A DNA stretch of 64,000 nt, from NCBI GenBank assembly GCA_051362555.1, contig CM120643.1:17922848-17986847 (forward strand). Reading direction: 5' to 3'. This DNA comes from Lingula anatina. Taxonomy: Eukaryota; Animalia; Brachiopoda. The position numbers were made by a program, and so were the translations under genes. Positions 11,351-23,800 of the stretch are shown here, piece by piece (positions within the stretch are counted from its first letter, which is position 1; every line of letters starts with the position of its first letter). The notes under the pieces are model-generated. The model did not search any database, had not been told where the DNA came from, and saw only the letters and a list, made by a program, of their open reading frames with translations.

Positions 11351-14300
11351 TCATTTTCCATTGCCTTAGGTGTGCCGCCTCTAAAAATTATTTCGGATTG
11401 GCACTTCATATTGTGTTAGGTGAACTTAAAAAACCTGATTGTGTTCTTTAATGCCTCAGTGTAAGCAAGGGCATGTTTAAGTGATTCAATAGTATCATTG
11501 TAGTATTTATAGTCGAGTAGTTGACCAGTTTGTTAAGTAGCGCCTAAATGTGAATTGAAATGGTTTTGAACTGCGATTACAAAATGCAGTTTAAAATACA
11601 AACATCTTAACAGTTATCAGAATTTGCTAAAATGTTGATCAGTTTGTGCTACTTATGGGAAAATCTTGTAAGAAATTAAACTTTGCCTTTCTTCTAGTCA
11701 GTGTTTTTCATAATAATCAGCCAAACAAAAATAACACTTCAAATTCCTTTTTATATCAGCTTTATTGAAGACGTTTCATCTGCCAGCTTTGCTATGTACA
11801 CAGTAATAAACATTGGCAGACCACTTCTCCTTCTTCAACATTATGTATCAGCAGAGAAAATTCAGCAATACAATATTTACATGTAATGAAAAGCTATTCC
11901 ATTGAAAGCAGACATTCAGTATCAAACATAATAATGAAGTTTCCACAAATATAAATTTAGTAATATTATTATTATTGTACAGAAGCTATTTGTGTTTTCA
12001 TTGTTTCTAAATATCCATTTTAGACATGTTCAGATGAAGCCTCATCTTCGACACTGACAGGCTTGTCATTAAGCAATAAATCATTAAAAAGCAATTGTCT
12101 AAGGGCCTTTTTCTTCAATTTGAGGATCAAATCATACACTCGGGTAGTCTTTGAACATTCAAACTCGTCATAAGAAATTACTGATAATGTTATCTAGAAT
12201 TTTCCTCAATTACTTGAACTAAATTGAAAAGTTCAAATTGTCCATGTGCTACAAACAACTGAGTATGAGATCATTTTCCACAGGCTGGCTCCTAAGTGTT
12301 TGATCATCAGTTCTATTGGCAGTGAAACATTTCAGCAAAAGAGGAATTGCAAACAAATGATTAACACTAACAGACAACTAGTACAAATGGTTCTAATAAA
12401 TGAAAGAAATATTGGCAACACTAATAGCACGATAGGCCAAAATACGTCTCTAACAATGAGGAATTAGGAACAAAGAATTCCTCTAAACCAAACTGAGACA
12501 AAGAAAAAGAACCATTTTTTTCCAAAAAAGAATGCAAGCCTGACGAGGATACCAGGGGCATAAATTTTACGCCCCAATAACTCTATTCCCACATAAGACA
12601 TAGAGGACTTAAATCTCTACTGAATGTTTCTCTCATCATAGGTTAACTGTGAATATATCATCTTCATTCTATTGGCTTCAACTGGCACCTCCAACTATTG
12701 ATTTTGTGATCTTCAAAGCTAAATTAAAGCCCAAGTTATAATACTGTTCTACTTCCATCACTTGAATGCCGTGTCTGTTGTTGAGCACTGCCATTTACAA
12801 ATGACTCAACTTTCTAGGGGGGAAAAAACTGACCCCTGCCCAGAGGAATCGATTTTCTTCATTAAATAATCAAATTGCAATGCGGTAACAAAATCATTGG
12901 TTAGGATAACAATTCTACAAAAAAAGCTTTTAATGACTGTCCTGTAATCATTTACAGTGGCAATTTTAATGGTGGACAAGAACTGGCTTTCAACACTAAG
13001 CCATTCTCTATCATAAATATCTACATCTATAACTTATAGATGGGTTTAAACGAGCCCTATCCTCACAGCAAAGCTGTCAAGATGCACACAAAAAATCCAT
13101 ATTTATCCAATGACAGCCTTTATAAACACTGTAATTCCATTACTGTTCCAAGCACAGGCTATGATAAAGCATTTAAGGCACATCTTGCAGTATAAAAATT
13201 CACTTAAGATAACAAAATTAACGTTGATTTGATTTGGAGGGGGAGACTTAACATAGCGTGGCATACTGCCAGATGTCATGTGTGCCATTCCTTGTTTTAC
13301 ATTGTAGGTATCAAGTTCATCCAATATAATTCCCATACTGAGAACATTCTAGAACTTAATACAATACTAGGACTTAAACATTATGAATTCTTTTAACATG
13401 GTCAAGGGAATGTTGATTTTAGTATACCAAACAAGGACCCAAGCAGATAATAATAATAATAATAGCATTGCCTAACTGTTTCCAGTTTGAGGCTAGACAC
13501 ATAACATTTTGAACAAATTTGTTTCAACCTACCTCATACTGTCATACAGATTTCACAGCATAAATTAATGCAATCAACTTTTTGATCTTTAAAAAATAGC
13601 ACTGGAGCTTCTATTATTCATATGTTGGAACCATTTCAGATTAAACAAAATTGTATCTAGACCCCTTATTATTTTCTTCAGCATAAAGCACACAATTGGT
13701 ATTGGACAACAGGCTGTATCTATTATAACTGCTTTTTACAGTTGCTGACTAAACATATAGTTGCTTTCCACAACTTGCGGTATACTTTAAAGACAGCTGT
13801 ATTGGTACACTTTGAGACACTACCATAAGAGAGTCACCTAAACTGAGCCCCTGCTCTCGCCAAACCCAATAAATCTGTATGCATTCAACATGACCAATAG
13901 ATGAAATTCTTCCTAACAAGTGATAGTAAACTTGTAAAAGCAAGAAAACCCCCTGTAATGGAATTACATACATGTTTGGGCCTCTCAAAATACGCCAGTA
14001 CAGCAATAACACCATTAGATGTGAGAAGAGCCTTGTACACTGTGCCTTATCTTCATATCTCATTAACAGAGAAGAAACTTTGTCGAGTTATAAATCAAGC
14101 AACTGCCAACAACGCCATGCATTCAACTTGTCTCAACCCAAAGACTGATTTACTTCCAGTCTGAACTGTTTTTAAAAGGAGACTACCACGATTGGGCTTG
14201 CACTCTACTAGAGTAATGGTAAATAATATGTGTCTCAGCTCAAGCTAAATTGGATAATTTACATCATCCTATGTGAATGACATACATTAAGCTAATCAAA

Positions 14301-14444
14301 AGCCTTATATCAACAACTGATCCCTGATCAGTGACAAAAAAACAAACAAAACAGTTTACATTTAATATACAAAACACAACCATGTTTGACTCGTACATAA
14401 AGCCACCTGGGCTTTTCAACGGAGTAGTCTGTTTTTTAATCTAT

Positions 14445-16916
14445 TCATAGCGCAGCTGCCTGGGTGATCACCAGCTTCAGTTCATGCGCCGCGTGTGACA
14501 CATCCACAACACGGTCAACCATTTCTTGGACAGCGGTCAGTGATGGGTACTGAAGTGCCGCAGTCTTGGTTGCCGTGACAGTTGCCTTCAGACAGTCACA
14601 CAAGTAATTGGCACAGTGCATGATCTTGTTACGAATGTCCGTGCTCATCACATTGCGGTGTAACGTGTCTCCAATGTAGACCAGTTTATGTGCCCCTAGA
14701 ACGACAAATTTACTGTGTGCTATGAAGACTTTTGGGGGCTGGTTGTATTCAATGCCTCCGAGAAAAGCGTCAATGGCATTGGTGAGGAGACTGGAATGGG
14801 ACATGACCTGTTCGGCATAAAACAATAATAACTGTTTGTCGTTAGGATCCAGCCGTGTCTCAAACTGACTGGTTGATCTCTCCTCTTTAAACTTGGTGAT
14901 ATCAGTGTCAATTTCCCTCTGTACCTCTTTTTCCAGCAGCTGTATTTGTGCCTTCTGTTTGGGCGTAAAGTCTCTTTTCTTCTCTTCTGCCAGCTCCTCC
15001 AGGAATTGCTCTTGCTGCTGCCGTTGCTCACGCACTTCGGCAGATTCAAGATGGACATAATCGTAGTCCTCCAAAAACTTTCCACTCTCATCCATGCTCC
15101 CTTGGCTGGGCAACTTGTGCGCCTTCAACCCTGCCACTGCCTTCAATGGTGACTGATCTTGCTGGGAATGAGGGCGATGAGGCGGGGTGGAAGATGGAGG
15201 GGGAGGAGGTGGCAAAGGACGCCCCTGCATGTCTGGTTTCCCTGCAACCTTGGGCTTGGGTTTCAATGGGGGTTTCGGCCCTGGTGACTTGCCAGGCGGT
15301 GAAAGAGGACTCATGTCTTTCGATCCGGTGAATGGGACAGGTGGGAGGGGGCGTCCCACCTGCTTGAACTTCCCGCTATCGTCTCTCTCGGCAGGCTCCA
15401 TCACCCCCTGTTCTCCACCGAGACGTTTGAACAGCAATGTAGAATTACCTTGGATGAAGGAGCCAAGTTTTCTCACATCACTGGACAGCTCTTTAGATGA
15501 GGACACAATCTGACCTAGACTGTCCCCTGATGCCTCCTCTGTACTGACCAGTTTGGCCACCTGCCACTGTAAGGTGTCTAGATTCTTCATGGCTGCGCTT
15601 ATACTCACCATCGCCCCCTGGAGGGGAGTTAATTGAGTATGGAGCTTTTTGGCAAGAGTTTTGTCGCTAACTTTGGCAGAGTTTGCTAGAGCCCCTTGGG
15701 CAAAATCTAAAAACTCCTGTAAGGATGTTTTTACTCCCATACAGGCTAGTTTGACATCGTAAATCCTAGGCTCCAGTTTTTCTTTGGTTCGCCACGTGCT
15801 GCTTACAAAGCTCAGCAGCCTGGTTGTGGCCTTGTGCACGTCCTGCTGCAGCCTGAGCAGCAATTCCATAGCAGCGTCTAAATCCAGTGGCAGCTCTTCG
15901 TAAGTCACTGAACCAATGTCCAAACCCGATCCCTTGGAATCGTCACTACCTGTTGACAGGCGCGCAAATTGCATGTCCAAACATTCTGCAGAATTTCTGG
16001 ACAACCTAGTCACATTTGATGTCGTTTCTGTGTCCTTTGTGACTTGTGGTGGCACATCATACACGTGATTTGGGTCGTGCACACTTTGACTCTGCAGCTT
16101 GTGCTGCTTCACTGGTGTATTACGCGGAGTTGTGGCATATATATCCTCTAAAGAATTCTCTTTCTTTAAAGTAGAGCTGTCGTAAAGATCCTTTACTTTG
16201 GATACAGATACTGAAGTCCTCTCACTCTCCAGGATTGAATTTGCTTTGTTCAGGTTTCCTTTCACAGCTTTGGGGGGTGGTGGGGTACTGTATATACCCT
16301 CCTCAACTGGGGGAGGGTGGTCATAATCATTGTACTCCATTTGCAGCTGTTCTCCTTGTTTTTTACTTGGGGGCGAGTCATATATATCCAGCAATGGTTC
16401 AGAGTTGGATTTCTTCATTGTACCCCGAGGATCGTGGGGTGGTATGTCGTAGAGATCATGGTAGGATATGTCAGTACTGGAACGCGCTGAGCCAGATTGC
16501 TGGGCGCTGGAAGCCTCACTTGAGCAATTAGTTGATCCTGTAGAAAGCATAGAGATTGTACTAGAGCGATTTGATGAAGGATTTGGCCTGTCGTACACAT
16601 CCAACATCGCATTAGGCGACACACCTTGATTTGTGGGTCTGTCATACACATCTCTTTCAGGGCTAAGTCTTTTGGATGTCGGCAACGAACTCGGTGTGCT
16701 GTACAAACTGTCATTGCCCCGGGAAGGTGGAATACTGTATGTGGGTTCCTCAGGGCTGATTGAGTTTGGAACGCTGTAGTTTCCTTCCGAGTCTTGGCTG
16801 CCATCTTGCCCAGCAGCTGATGGGAAGTACCGCGAGGGTGGGACATCGTAGTCCTGGTAGCCTTTGTTGGGTTGATCGTACACGTAGACCTCACCAATCT
16901 TGTGGGGTGTGACAAT
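14445..16916 (-). CDS. BCAR1: BCAR1 large terminal coding exon
   Basis: Acceptor cag at 16919-16917 after a T-rich tract; 824 codons to TGA; carries the Cas-family substrate, serine-rich and C-terminal domains. Confidence 0.95.
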   Translation of the reverse strand: MVTPHKIGEVYVYDQPNKGYQDYDVPPSRYFPSAAGQDGSQDSEGNYSVPNSISPEEPTYSIPPSRGNDSLYSTPSSLPTSKRLSPERDVYDRPTNQGVSPNAMLDVYDRPNPSSNRSSTISMLSTGSTNCSSEASSAQQSGSARSSTDISYHDLYDIPPHDPRGTMKKSNSEPLLDIYDSPPSKKQGEQLQMEYNDYDHPPPVEEGIYSTPPPPKAVKGNLNKANSILESERTSVSVSKVKDLYDSSTLKKENSLEDIYATTPRNTPVKQHKLQSQSVHDPNHVYDVPPQVTKDTETTSNVTRLSRNSAECLDMQFARLSTGSDDSKGSGLDIGSVTYEELPLDLDAAMELLLRLQQDVHKATTRLLSFVSSTWRTKEKLEPRIYDVKLACMGVKTSLQEFLDFAQGALANSAKVSDKTLAKKLHTQLTPLQGAMVSISAAMKNLDTLQWQVAKLVSTEEASGDSLGQIVSSSKELSSDVRKLGSFIQGNSTLLFKRLGGEQGVMEPAERDDSGKFKQVGRPLPPVPFTGSKDMSPLSPPGKSPGPKPPLKPKPKVAGKPDMQGRPLPPPPPPSSTPPHRPHSQQDQSPLKAVAGLKAHKLPSQGSMDESGKFLEDYDYVHLESAEVREQRQQQEQFLEELAEEKKRDFTPKQKAQIQLLEKEVQREIDTDITKFKEERSTSQFETRLDPNDKQLLLFYAEQVMSHSSLLTNAIDAFLGGIEYNQPPKVFIAHSKFVVLGAHKLVYIGDTLHRNVMSTDIRNKIMHCANYLCDCLKATVTATKTAALQYPSLTAVQEMVDRVVDVSHAAHELKLVITQAAAL

Positions 16917-17711
16917 CTGCATGATAGAAAGTGTGTGAATTAGATGACAAATTCAATGTTTTTTTTTTTTTTTTTTTTGAGAGAGATTTAAGTGAATAAA
17001 ATTCTTTGTCATGATAATGCATTTTCAAACTCTCTAAAACAGCAAGAAAAGGAACCACTGTAACAACTAGTCGCAGCAATTTGAAATTTCAAAGGGACAA
17101 TAACAGTTACGCAAGCATACTAAAGTAAGGTCTTCCATCTTAAAACAATGTCCTCAAGTTAATCTAATTTAGCTTAAACAGTTTACTTGTCCATTTTTTA
17201 AGGAGGGCATTTCTGATAAAAACAACACGGCAAGACTACACAATGAGGACCTCCATTCCCATCCTCTCACAACAGTGAACTCATACATCCATTCATTAAC
17301 ACCATCTCTTATCCCTCCACATTACTCAAATAGTTAACAACCAACTTGAACATGTTTTGTACATTCAGGTTCTGCACAATAATATAAAAGAACCACAACA
17401 ATAGAGACTGATCATACTTTTTAATACAATGATGCTCTCATGCCTTCTTTTATCCCATAATGAAACATCCAACTTCGTCATCCATTAACACAATTATCTA
17501 CTCCTACATATCCCTGCTTCACTTACAACCATGTACAGACTAGTACAGTATTCCACCACTTTATGCGTAATAGAGTAAATTAACCCAGTGAGCACCTTTA
17601 GGGGAAAAATACATCTATTAATGCCCTTGTTTAAAAGCGAACAATTCTGCAATTTCCATTTATAGTGCTCTTTGGTGAGAATGATATGATAGTACAAGTC
17701 TTTTGTTTTTA

Positions 17712-17756
<45 letters not shown>

Positions 17757-17768
17757 GAGAGAGAGTGA

Positions 17769-17812
<44 letters not shown>

Positions 17813-20800
17813 GTGTTGCAGTTGTTCATGCATTAAGAGAGGGGGGATCTATTTCTAATCAAAGCTAATGCTCATGCAAAGAAAGTTTGAGTGTATGTGT
17901 GTGCATGATTGTTCAAGCCTGTTCAAGCATAAGAGAGTAAAAGAAAGAATTCTGTCTACTATTTCTACCCAATGCACATATCTCATACACAAGCGCCCTC
18001 CAAGCTTCATGGGAACCAGTTCCAAACATACACAGAACCACTGCAAACCATGGTCACTTCCACATCAGTGACTAATATCCAAGTTCTGCAGGAAAGAACA
18101 AAAGGCCACAGATTCCTGTTTTTAATTCTTTCAGCATGGTTGACCAGAAGAAGTCAAGACCTCTGCAATCTTACTCTGGGAAAGAGAGAGGTACGGTAAA
18201 TCCTCACAGCTTTCAAACACCTTACTTATTCCAACATTTCCTTCTTTTTTCCCAATACCCTTCATTTTTGAAACCAGCAAAATATACAAGGACTTTCTGC
18301 TATAAACCTTTCTTTGTTTCAAAAAATCATACCAAAAGAAAAAAGATATTGTTTTTGAGTAATGTATTAAAAATCAGTTTTGCTTAAATTTAGCCAGTAA
18401 TTACCGTAAACCCTTTATCGAAGCTCAAATAAATGGCTCCCTCCTTTTCTTGAAGGTCTGCTGTTATCACAGCCCAGCAGCTACATCAGTTATGTCAGAC
18501 AGGGCATGAAAAAATGTCAGTTGCCCAAAAATGGTGAATTGCACTTCATCTTTCGATGCTGTCGAGCACAGCATACAATTAGTAAAGTTTGGATCAAATT
18601 CGATGTTTTGCGTGATAGCAACAAAAGCTAGTAAATCAATGGTGTTGGCATGTTGCAGGTGCTTCACTTAACCCCCCCCCCCCCCCCCATTTTTTATGAG
18701 TGCATGGGATAGAGATACAATAGGAATATTTTGCTGAATATTTTCATATCTTCTTCACATATTATTTCAAAGAGTGACTTTGTTATTTTCTATTTTTTTT
18801 TTCAATGAATGTAATTTTCTATGTATATTTTATTTTATTATTTTTTTTTGGAGGGGGGGGGGGGGGGAGAAGAGAGGACACTGCTTTACAATCACTTGAA
18901 CCACTTAAGAAATTTGTTTTTAAAAAGAACAGTACCAAAATGGCAACATGTGAGAATATATTATCACAGGCAGTTATGAATTCCTAAAGCTGAATCATCA
19001 CTTCTTCAATTCTTTGTGCAATTCAAAACAAAAAAACATTTCATTAATCACAAATGTCTCCAATACTTCAACAGCACATACTATAGCTGGTGTTTACTAG
19101 GAGCGTGAAATTAAAATATTTTTTCATTAGCATCATGCACTTTTCCTGCAGAGTTGACAATCTTTAATGGCAACCGCAGACAGGTGCATTCCTACACACA
19201 CTGCATTGAGCACAATAAAAGAAAGGCCCACAGTCTACAGTGGTTGCATCCCGCTGCGACATCTGACTCAAGACACAGAAAATCAATGTAAAAGCTGACA
19301 AGTCTTTCTACTTACATTACAAAGTTACAAGTTGACTCGTAGTGTTCAGTATGAGTACGGAAATATTTGATTGCCACTAAAACATTTTTTATATTTAAAA
19401 AAAAAAGCTCACATAGTTTTGCTGGAAAAGACCTGGACTGTCAATGGCTGGTACTGTTTGCTGTGACAGCCAAATTATAGCACAAAATAAGTCATCAAAA
19501 TAGACAGGATATTAATGACATCAGAATATGTTCAACCATTGCAAATCAGGCCAGGATTGTACTTTTAAACAGTCAATATTTTTTTTGTGTGTGAATACCT
19601 CTAATGATCCATAGAGCGAGCCTTGCTGTCAACTCAGTTGACAGCAGAGTTAACCACCTGATGAGACATCTGAATTTTGACATGAAATAAGATCTGCCTG
19701 AAATGAGACAGTAAAATGCAGAGCACGAATATGTTACAAACTCCTTTATATAATCCTGTAATGTTATAATGCAAAGTTGGGACTTCTATAGAGCGCCTTT
19801 TTGCTATCATTTTTTCCAAGTTTGAAGCTCACAATAGGAGCAAGTTGTTCCCAAATTTTGATATCTTATAAGTGTATCATGCATTTTAACAAAGGACAGT
19901 CAAAACCACATATATATTTTACTGAATGTCCTCATCACTCTTAAAGCTGTCTTAGAATGTTAACACAGAACTGATTTACTGTAGTCGGCTTTTTTTTTTT
20001 CTTTTTTTTTTTTTTTAATGAAACAGGCCTAGGTTCTGGGTGACCTGCCTGAGGCGAAATCTTCAGTGTATCTCATCACTAAATCTTGTTAAACCTAACA
20101 AAACTGATACATCCAAATCTACCAGATACTGTTTTTGAATCTGTGTGTGCCATTTCACTTTGGTGTAGATATACAGTGAAAACATGAACTAAGCCCCCAC
20201 CACTAGCAGTGAAGTCACTGGACAGCAATGTGAATCTTACAAATCAAAACTTTCTTTGTTTTTACACAACTGGTGATACAGCAAAGTTTAGCTGCCATCT
20301 GACAGCTAATAGAAGTGACACGTGTTGGCAGCAGAGAGAGAGAGAGGGGAAAAAAAAGAAAAACAACAACAACACAAGAATAAATTTAGGACTCTTCCTC
20401 AGGAACCATGGTCCTTAGCCATCCTATCAAGTCCATGTGCCAGTATATAAATGTAACATTTTACACAATGCTTAATTTAATTAAATCTATCTTTAATCGA
20501 AAAAAAAACAAAAAACTTTTACATGGACTTGGAGAAATATCATTTAATTTGATAAAATAAAAAATGCATTTGACTGATCTCAGATCCAGATTTTTTTAAC
20601 TTCAGCATTTGTATACAATCTGGTCCAAAAATCAACACATTTCCAATTCCAATCCCCATGTTTTTTTTTTTTCTTTTCTTTTCCCCAGCTATGGATGAAC
20701 TAATGCAGTTGACTTTTTTTATTGCTGTAAGATAATCTGATTTATTTACACATAAATAGTAGGAACTTGTAGCCAGAATAGACCACCATGTCAAATGTTA

Positions 20801-23800
20801 AGTGAAGGTTGCTGTTAGTAAGGCAATCCACTGAATACAAAATACAAACCCATCGCATTGCGCCAATACAAAACAACGGCCATAAATCTGATGGTGCCGA
20901 ATACTAATTGTCTGTGTTAATCTTTTGCCAGGGAATGACTCATACTTACCTCCAGCATATATTCTCGATTAAGCTTATTGTTATCATTTCCCTATTAACA
21001 GAGCAGGCTTTGTTGAAAAAATATACTGAGCCAATAAAGGGAAAGAGCTCAAACAAGAGTGATTTCCTACCGTTGTAGACATAGTCCCATTATTAGTCAT
21101 AAAAAAATTCACTTCGACAAATAAAAAGCCATTTGTTTCAAATGTGAATGAGAGATAAGAACAAATCATTCAATATTATAACCTGGCTCATGTAAAATTT
21201 ACATTGCCAAATCGAATTTGATAATATGCAGTGCTGAGTTTTTAATATGCCGAAGAATAAAGCCTGTGTGTGTTTGAAAGATTTTTTCTCCTCGACATCT
21301 GGAGCACAAATTTTAAAGCAAGTCAGAAAACTAAAATATGCATCTAAATGATTTTAACAGATGTCTATTTCATCAAATTTTGGAATCAAATGGATTTTCC
21401 CTCTATGTAATCTGAGGATTAAACAATAATCTCAAATATACATTAATAGTATACACAATCCACCACATTATCATAGCTAAATATATAAAAAAACAGGTAA
21501 ATAATTTCAGAAAATAGTCTTTGAGGTTAAACAAAGGATCCCACCTAGTCGCAATTTTTCAATTAATAAGTTGTAACAAGTCTCTGAATAATTGAATTCA
21601 ACCTCATATCCTGGTGAATTAATGTAATCTTGTTTCATTGAGATGATTAATCAAAAAAAATTTACACCTAATTTTGCTTTTTTTTTCACACAAGACTGCT
21701 CTTGAATAATTTCACACCTTGCCTTCCATAGTACTACAAGTGGCAATTTACTATGATTCACTTTTGTTAAGAAATAGAAGCAAATTAACACCCTGCCAAC
21801 GAGGCTGAAATGAGGATATAATGATTCATATGCTTTGTAGAGACTGATAGAGCTTATTTCCCTATGATTACCAATGTGATAAACAAATTATAATAAATTT
21901 GTGATATTATGTTTAGAAAACGGAGCCATGTAGCCATACCTTGGCAAAAACATTTAAATCTGCCAGTTGACAAAACTTTCTTAAAAAGAAAGTCTAGGAA
22001 AAATAAAATGTTTGTAGAGGATTTATAGATGTGTCCTTAGCATTAAAATGTCTTATTTAAAGTCTTAGTGTAAACAGCTATAAAATTATCTAGTCTTAGA
22101 GCCTTCTTCCACATAAGCCATCTAAATATAAATCTCTGGATGGATCTAAATCTCTGGGAATGCACCCTAAGACAATTCCTGGAGTTAAAACTACAACAGT
22201 GTTAGATGGGACCAGTTTGACATGACGCAAGTGTTGCTGTCCTCATCTGTGACTGCCAATCCCTGTCATGTCTTGTGGTTAGGAAAGACAGTCCACAGTC
22301 AGGTGGATGGTCTTGCTTCCTCAAATTCCTAATTCTTTCATTTCTTTCTTGCTTCTTTTGTTTGTCTTTTTTAAAATCATAATTCTGAGAATTACCTTTA
22401 TGAATTCCAATTTCCTTCCTTAATTTTGATTTCGATGATTAAATGTTGGCTAAGACCAATACAATGGGGAAAGACAGCAAACAACGTGTCTTACTCATTT
22501 CAAGAATCTCAAGTCCCAAGGCACATATCCTTTTGTTTATATTCTTCTCAATAACAATCAAGGTACAACAAGAGGGATGGATTTCCAGTAAATAATTGAA
22601 AACATGGATGACATCATGTTAAACTAATCCAGGACTCGTGTGACAACCAGAGAAAAGGATATTGGTTTTCCATTGACAGGTTGACAATATTCTGTGACAG
22701 GAACATGTTTACCAAAAGAGCTTAAGACCACAAAGTAGTACTAACTTTTAGACTGAAAATTCTGGTGTACAAATCAATTCAGTATAAACATGTAGTAGTT
22801 CATTAAATTAAAGTAAAAATTGATTTTATAAGCCACTGCTTTCTTGAATAGGCTAGAAACTTCATTTGATAACTTCTAATCATTTTCTGAGGTAAAGTAG
22901 ACAAAAAATTTAAGCTATGACAAACTTTTGGTCAAAAGTTCTTTAGTGGAATGTGGCCATGATTTAGCTTTTTATAAAAATTGACATAAAAATGCAGATA
23001 GAGCAAAGAAGATGCTATACATTTGACAAACACATACAAAGGATTATGTCCAGCAAGTCAATTGGACACCTATCACTGAGAGAAAATATATTTAATATCA
23101 GGAAAAATGCACATGACCCCATACACAGCCGCAGACCATTTTTCTCAAAGTTCAAATTTTTTAAAAACCAATCTTGACTTTCTACTAAGCCATGCTGCAA
23201 AGACAGACAAGAGACCAACTTTAACCAGACTGAAATATAACCCATTTGGCAAGCTTTTATACATATACATAAATAAATTATTAAGGGTGCTTAACAAAGT
23301 ATGCATTAAAACATATTCCACTTGAACTTTTACAGAAAGAGTTGAGCAAGCAAATGGCTCTAAACTGTGGTCTGAACAATGACCTCAACCAACTCCTGTT
23401 TGGATTTACCTGTCTGCAGTTCAAAACAATTCCACTAAAGGTTCTAAAAGTGCAGCAAAATATTTTTTCTACCTTTTTTTTTTTTAATTCAAGTTCTGGT
23501 CTTAAGGTAAAGAAATCACCTTAAGTGAGAAAAGGTGTTATCCTTAAGATCAAAGCTCTTATCAATGATAGATGTTTACTGAGAGAAACTGCACCTTTTC
23601 AACAACATTTCACAAATTCGAGAAAAGTAAAAAATCATCCGTTCACGTTCATCTGTTTTTGTCGTATGAGGCCTGTTGAAACTGAACTCAAAACGCTCAG
23701 ATTTTAGCATTTGTAAAATAAATGTTTTCATTATTTTGTGCTAATTATATTATTATCATTTTGATTGTTATGATTAGTACGTAGTTTTATTTGATACTGA

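Noticed and set aside
14720-16915. Alternative-frame ORFs (123, 108, 166 aa) within the BCAR1 exon
   Set aside because: Expected from GC-richer coding DNA; no independent evidence of function.
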